From: an uncultured Fibrobacterota bacterium
Lineage (GTDB): Bacteria; Fibrobacterota; Chitinivibrionia; Chitinivibrionales; FEN-1185
NCBI GenBank assembly: GCA_963729895.1
Contig: CAVSQB010000028.1
Coordinates: forward strand, 160,001-224,000
Direction of reading: 5' to 3'
Length of the DNA: 64,000 nucleotides
The translations under genes were made by a program, and so were the position numbers. The stretch's first letter is position 1. Each line of letters begins with the position of its first letter. A model generated the notes under the pieces. That model did no database searches. It was given only the letters and a program-made list of their open reading frames with translations, and had not been told where the DNA came from. Below are positions 59,123 to 64,000 of this stretch, in pieces.

Positions 59123-59890
59123 ATGAACCTTTCGTACAGAATCTTCTATGTCCTTGTGAGGAACATCATTTCGTACAAGCGGTTCATTCTGCCCACGTTC
59201 GCGGTGAGCCTAGGACAGCCGCTGTTCTACCTTGTCACGTTCGGCATCGGTATGGGCGCGTACATGGGGTACGTAGGCGGGAAACCGTATCTCAATTTCC
59301 TTGTTCCCGGCGTGCTCATATCCTCGGTGATGCTGTCGTCCACGTTCGAATGTCTCTATGACACGTTTGTCAAGATGGTCCACGAGCGGCTGTACGATTC
59401 GCTGATAGCAACTCCCGTGTCCGCGGAAGACGTCGTGGCAGGCGACATCGCCTGGGGCGCGTTTCGCGGACTCTTGAGCGGCGTGCTCATGCTTGTGGTC
59501 GCGCTGTTCATGGGCGTGCACCCTGCCTCGCTGGTGAGCGCGCTGCTGATTGTGGCGATCATGGCGTTCGTCGGCGTTCTATTCAGTTCGCTTGCAATGA
59601 TCGTGACTTCCTTTGCCCCAAACTTCGACTTCTTCAACTACTACACCGAACTTATCATAACGCCGATGCTGTTCTTTTCCGGCGTGTTCTTCCCGCTCGA
59701 TAAGTTTCCGCAGTGGCTCAAGGTGTTTGCGCTGTTTTTGCCTCTCACGCATGCGGTAAACATATCCAGGGCCGTTTTTTCCGGCGAATCCGTACCGGGA
59801 CTCTGGTGGAGCCTCCTTATCCTTGTCGTCATGGAGGCAGCGGCTTTTGTGGTAGGCGTCAGGCTCATGAAGAGAAGGCTTATAACCTAG
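59123..59890 (+). CDS. ABC-2 permease (NodJ-like)
   Basis: Six TM helices, YLNFLVPG, FFSGVFFP, LPLTHAV. Confidence 0.9.
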   Translation: MNLSYRIFYVLVRNIISYKRFILPTFAVSLGQPLFYLVTFGIGMGAYMGYVGGKPYLNFLVPGVLISSVMLSSTFECLYDTFVKMVHERLYDSLIATPVSAEDVVAGDIAWGAFRGLLSGVLMLVVALFMGVHPASLVSALLIVAIMAFVGVLFSSLAMIVTSFAPNFDFFNYYTELIITPMLFFSGVFFPLDKFPQWLKVFALFLPLTHAVNISRAVFSGESVPGLWWSLLILVVMEAAAFVVGVRLMKRRLIT

Positions 59891-60000
59891 CTACGGTGCG
59901 GTTTCAACCGTTCTTTTGCCCGCACCGGTTTGGCGCTCTATTATTCGCACATGATATTGGTACTCGCCGTTCGTCATTCCCTGATTTTCTATTGGTGCTA

Positions 60001-60061
60001 GCCTCGATACACCGCTCGCCGAGTGGCCCTTTGTGCCGTATCGAGGCGAGCGGCACTCGGC
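60001..60061. repeat. Interleaved inverted-repeat element
   Basis: GCCTCGATAC/GTATCGAGGC, CCGCTC/GAGCGG and GCCGAGTG/CACTCGGC perfect complementary pairs. Confidence 0.7.
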
Positions 60062-60220
60062 AAGCGTTTTTGAAAAGTAAAGTTGTCACCACTATAATGA
60101 CTGGATTAATAACTCAAATTTTCGTCCCGGTTTGGAGAGAATGATCGGCGCCTTCGCCCGCGTAACGCAACATCGGGGGGTGGCAAGCCGAAATCTCTAT
60201 GGGTTTGAAAGGAGGCGCAT

Positions 60221-60415
60221 ATGAAGACGATACACTGCAGGGATACGGGAGAGCGAACTTGTAATTTCACCGCAGAGGGAAAGAGTATCGAGGAAGCGGA
60301 AAGAATTCTGCTGGATCATGTGCAATTGCGTCATCCTAATCTGATGGAAACCATGACATTTGAGGAGAGGGAAAGGCTCCTTGAGCATGTGGAGGCAATG
60401 GCGGAAACGAGATGA
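60221..60415 (+). CDS. DUF1059-like small metal-binding protein
   Basis: AGGAGG RBS; C.D.G..C.F.A.G...EE......H....H. Confidence 0.8.
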   Translation: MKTIHCRDTGERTCNFTAEGKSIEEAERILLDHVQLRHPNLMETMTFEERERLLEHVEAMAETR

Positions 60416-60493
60416 CCGATAGGGATGTCCATGTTATGCGGACGAAGAAAATGTTGTGTTCAAGTACGGTTTTAAGCGGTTAGATAAGGCGGA

Positions 60494-60727
60494 TTATCGT
60501 CCTTGTTGCAGAATCCAGTTGAGGAGCATGAAAAAACGGTAGAAGAGAGCTATGAATGCGATGATGAGGGCATAGAGCGCGGAAATTATAATGCTTTGGC
60601 GGGTGAGAAAAGAGCGAAGTTTGTTTCTGTGATGAAAAAGGAGGAATCCGCCGGCAACAAATGCAACGGATTTGAGAATTCGGAATGCCACGTTTCCGAG
60701 GAGTGATAAGGTTGATTTACGTTTCAT
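60494..60727 (-). CDS. Possible small two-TM membrane protein
   Basis: 77-aa ORF with two hydrophobic stretches in otherwise empty space. Confidence 0.35.
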   Translation of the reverse strand: MKRKSTLSLLGNVAFRILKSVAFVAGGFLLFHHRNKLRSFLTRQSIIISALYALIIAFIALFYRFFMLLNWILQQGR

Positions 60728-60937
60728 ACTATGTGGTTCTTTCGCAAGGAAAATAATCTCTTTACAGGGTTGTGTGGTGCAAAATCAGAGTGAGCCGGGA
60801 TCGAGCAGGTCTTTTTCAGCGGGGTCCTTCTGGCAATCAGTCAAGTGCAAAATCAGGGGCCGTTTTTTGTCCATAAATGATGATTTCCACCGCGGTTCCC
60901 CTGTCCTTCGGGTTGTCGATGGCCGCTGCTCCCCTTA

Positions 60938-62035
60938 TCACATAATCCGCTTGTATACTTCCAGGGTCTCACGTGCGGCCCTGTCCCAACTGAATTGCTT
61001 TTCGCGCACAAGTCCCCGTCCGACCATGATACGCCTCAGCGAATCGTCGAACAGCACCCTTTCCAGTTTGTCCATCAGGTCTGCGGTGCTGGTCGGGTCG
61101 AAGTAGAGACATGCGTCTGCGCCGACTTCCGGGAGTGAACTGGTATTGCTCGCCACGACCGGGCACCCGTAATGCATGGCCTCAAGAAGGGGAAGCCCAA
61201 AGCCCTCGTAAAGCGAGGGGTAGACAAGGAGCGAAGCATGAGAATAGTATTCGGCTAGCAAATCGTCGCTCCCGCAAACATGGCTGGCGCGGCCCGACAG
61301 CCCGAGCCGTGCCAAGAGCTGTTCTTCTTCTCTTGTAAATGGATCCCCTCCAAAACATACGAGGCCAAACTCCCTGTTTATGCGGGAAGAATGGCAGTAT
61401 GCATTGAGCAAAACGGGGAAATTTTTATGGAGAAACCGCTGGCCCACATAGAGAACAAACGGCCCTCCATGTGGGGAACGGTTGCCGGGAAGCGCGGTGA
61501 GGGAGTTCGCCAGATGCACAACGGCGATCTTTTCCGGCGGTATTGACAAGAGCCGGATAAGGTCGTTCTTGGTGGACTCGGAAATGGCGATTATTGCGTC
61601 CGCCTGCCTGATTGACGCCTGTTTTTCAAGGACTACCGGGTCGGTTCTGGAAAACATGCCGGGATAGAGTTCTCCGGTCATGTCGTACACAGTGAGAATT
61701 CTCTTGCCCCTGAATCCCGGAAGGTGCAAACGATAATAGGTTTGATGGTAGATATCAGGCCCGGCGCGTTTAATGAAAAGAGGGAAAAGTGAATCGTTGA
61801 TTGCATTGAATAATCTCGCCGTCTTTGGAATGACCGGCCTCCGGATCCCGAAGAAATGCGCATACCGGTTCCTAAACAGGGCAAAGTTGAACTCATTGAT
61901 GTGAAACCCCATGTACAGGGAAAGCGAAACGTCCTGCTCGTTGATCAGGCGCGAGACGATCTCGTAAAAATAGCGGGTGATCCCGCTATACCGGAACGTG
62001 GAGAAGAACTGGTGATCGTACGCGATGCGTATCAC
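60938..62035 (-). CDS. Glycosyltransferase family 4 (GT-B)
   Basis: IAYDHQ.F....Y.GI.RYF, LTVYDM, ISESTK, YVGQR..HKN, PSLYEGFGLPLLEAM; GTG start assumed. Confidence 0.92.
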   Translation of the reverse strand: MIRIAYDHQFFSTFRYSGITRYFYEIVSRLINEQDVSLSLYMGFHINEFNFALFRNRYAHFFGIRRPVIPKTARLFNAINDSLFPLFIKRAGPDIYHQTYYRLHLPGFRGKRILTVYDMTGELYPGMFSRTDPVVLEKQASIRQADAIIAISESTKNDLIRLLSIPPEKIAVVHLANSLTALPGNRSPHGGPFVLYVGQRFLHKNFPVLLNAYCHSSRINREFGLVCFGGDPFTREEEQLLARLGLSGRASHVCGSDDLLAEYYSHASLLVYPSLYEGFGLPLLEAMHYGCPVVASNTSSLPEVGADACLYFDPTSTADLMDKLERVLFDDSLRRIMVGRGLVREKQFSWDRAARETLEVYKRIM

Positions 62036-62052
62036 GGTGACATGGTTCCCGT

Positions 62053-63336
62053 CTAGGTGACCAGTTTGATCTGTTTGTGGGCAATTGCAAGAAACAGGAT
62101 ATTTACGTATACGAACCATAATTCCCAGAGGGGTCCATGATAGCTGAGCAGGATGAACCCCACAAAAATGGCCCACATCGAAATGCGGAAAAGGGAGGGA
62201 CGGTGCAGGGTGTTGACATAGAACGTGGTGCAAAGCATGCCGAGCACAAATGGAAGGAAATAAACGCCGAATGCCCCGAAATCCTTGTAAAAATGCCACA
62301 TGTATACAACCGTGTTGAACCCTTTCACCTTGATAATCGATTCATTCATGATCGAGTCGAACCCGTAGCTGTGCAGAAGAGGGGCCTCCGTGAACGACAG
62401 GCAGAACAAGGGCCGAAAAAGATCGAGCCCGAATTCCAACGGGTAGGAGAACGCTCCGTCCACATATTTGCGGAACGCGAAGTCGAGGTTCCAGAAGTCA
62501 TTGACAATATACGTGTACATGTTCCCGGCCCACAACATTCCCTTGGGGAGGTGGAGATGGTATGCTTCCGAAAAGATGTTGAGGGTGTCGTACCGGACCC
62601 TGAGTAAGAAGAAGACGAGGAAGAAGAGGACGGAGAACCCGAACGCGTACAGCAACTGCGCAAGCGAGAGGCGCTTCTTTCCATAGTGGTAAACAACCAC
62701 GGCAAAGATGATAAATCGGAAAAGATCGAGCCGTGTAACAACGGTAAAATAAAGCAGAAGCGAAACGAGGGAAACGACCGCGACGACGACGGTGCGGCGC
62801 CTGCTGAGGGTTGGGAAGAACAGCAGTTCCACTGCAAGGATGAGCGAAAGGGGGCCGAAAAAGAGGCCGAAGTTGGCGAAGAAATTTGCGCTGAAGAAAG
62901 CGATGCGCGCCTTGTCGGCATGCGCGGCAAACAAAGGGATGAACCCGCTCTTGAGGAAGGAGACGCCGTAGCTTGCCAGGAAAACAAGCGAACAGAAAAG
63001 CCAGACGTTGAAGAACCATTTCCAGTCGATCCGCAGCGAGTCCAGGGCAAGGGATTTCTTGATGAAGAGGAAATCGATGACTGCCAGGGGATTGTTCACT
63101 CTGTTGACAAGAAGCATGATACAGGCGCCCGCAATAAACAATCCGGAAGCGCCCCAGAAGAACAGGCGGGTGGTAAGGGACCAATCCGTCTGATAATCGG
63201 ACAGCCTCAGTGAATTGACGGCCAGAAGCAAGCAGTATACGCAGACATAAAGCCGGACCGGAGAGAACAGGTCTTTCCCGTAGTAATATGCCGAAAGGAT
63301 GGCGGCGCCGAGGATACACAGGTAGAGAAAGGTCAT
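62053..63336 (-). CDS. wzy: O-antigen/oligosaccharide polymerase (Wzy-like)
   Basis: About 10 TM helices, periplasmic loop, FN.......Y.DFG..GV motif; between Wzz-like and GT genes. Confidence 0.75.
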   Translation of the reverse strand: MTFLYLCILGAAILSAYYYGKDLFSPVRLYVCVYCLLLAVNSLRLSDYQTDWSLTTRLFFWGASGLFIAGACIMLLVNRVNNPLAVIDFLFIKKSLALDSLRIDWKWFFNVWLFCSLVFLASYGVSFLKSGFIPLFAAHADKARIAFFSANFFANFGLFFGPLSLILAVELLFFPTLSRRRTVVVAVVSLVSLLLYFTVVTRLDLFRFIIFAVVVYHYGKKRLSLAQLLYAFGFSVLFFLVFFLLRVRYDTLNIFSEAYHLHLPKGMLWAGNMYTYIVNDFWNLDFAFRKYVDGAFSYPLEFGLDLFRPLFCLSFTEAPLLHSYGFDSIMNESIIKVKGFNTVVYMWHFYKDFGAFGVYFLPFVLGMLCTTFYVNTLHRPSLFRISMWAIFVGFILLSYHGPLWELWFVYVNILFLAIAHKQIKLVT

Positions 63337-63385
63337 GTTGCCTCTTCTCACGCACAGATCGACGGTACGGACGCGAAAGCCCGCA

Positions 63386-64000
63386 TCACTTCTTAAAAGT
63401 CAATAATCGGAGGACTCGGTTCAATTTGCCGTAAAAAGAGGTCCCGTTTTGCCTTTGGATCTCATACCATTTATCAAGAACAATAGAGGTGAAGGTAATG
63501 CCAAGGCCGCCGAAAAAGAAAAGCATGCAGATGATCGAGCCTTTGGGCCGGGTCTTCTTCTGCGGCGGTCTTGCATATTCGAGCGCCTGGACCCGCGGCA
63601 CGTTGTTCGACTCGGAGAATTTCGCTTGCTCGAACAACTGAAGGACGAATTCGTAGAGAGACTCCTGGATCTTCACGTTGCGAAGGAGGTATCCGTAGTG
63701 GACCGATTTTTGCGGGGCATCGTTGAGTGAAATGATGAGGTTGCCGCCGCCCGCCGCCATGTACCCGTTGATCTTCCGTTCCATCACACGTTTCTGCTTT
63801 TGCAGTTCGGCAATCCGCTGGTTGCCGGCTCCAAACTGGCTTTGCAGTTGCGCAGTTTCGAGGTCGAGCGCCATTTTCTGCGCCTCGAACCCGGCAAGTG
63901 CCTCAATGGAAGATTTTGTTTGCTGCTCAAGGTCTATGTAGTTATTCTCGGTTCTGAATCTTGTGAATTGGCTGGAGGCCGAATCCAGCTCACGTTTGAT
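63386..64000 (-). CDS. 3' part of a Wzz/GumC-like chain-length determinant (truncated by window edge)
   Basis: Frame open to nt 64000; coiled-coil, Pro-rich ARPPQKKTRPK before the C-terminal TM. Confidence 0.8.
   Translation of the reverse strand: MKRELDSASSQFTRFRTENNYIDLEQQTKSSIEALAGFEAQKMALDLETAQLQSQFGAGNQRIAELQKQKRVMERKINGYMAAGGGNLIISLNDAPQKSVHYGYLLRNVKIQESLYEFVLQLFEQAKFSESNNVPRVQALEYARPPQKKTRPKGSIICMLFFFGGLGITFTSIVLDKWYEIQRQNGTSFYGKLNRVLRLLTFKK

Overview
GC-rich bacterial chromosomal segment. Gene content and style suggest an FCB-group/Fibrobacterota-like anaerobe, which is inference only. It is mostly housekeeping: holB-ricT-metG-recJ-argH, uvrA, argF, spoVG-tRNA-Gln-rplY-pth-rpsF-rpsR-rplI-dapA-dapB, rsmE, map-hflX, DUF58-BatA, metH, tag, xfp, ispD, argCBD-argG, DAHP synthase, a NodI/NodJ-type ABC pair and the end of a Wzy-type polysaccharide locus. 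Four intact IS copies have readable ends and target duplications: two near-identical IS5-family copies, one IS1595-family element and one rve-type/ISNCY-like element. Three observations stand out. (1) A tightly coupled signalling operon downstream of argF with no histidine kinase: a single-domain KaiC/RAD55-like ATPase, two ~100-aa membrane proteins and two stand-alone receiver domains. (2) A three-domain cNMP-binding/acetate kinase/PduL phosphotransacylase fusion whose cNMP cassette lacks the canonical Arg. (3) A family of divergent structured intergenic elements (three Flavo-1-like copies plus shared sub-motifs). All calls come from reading the sequence and ORF track by eye; no searches were run.
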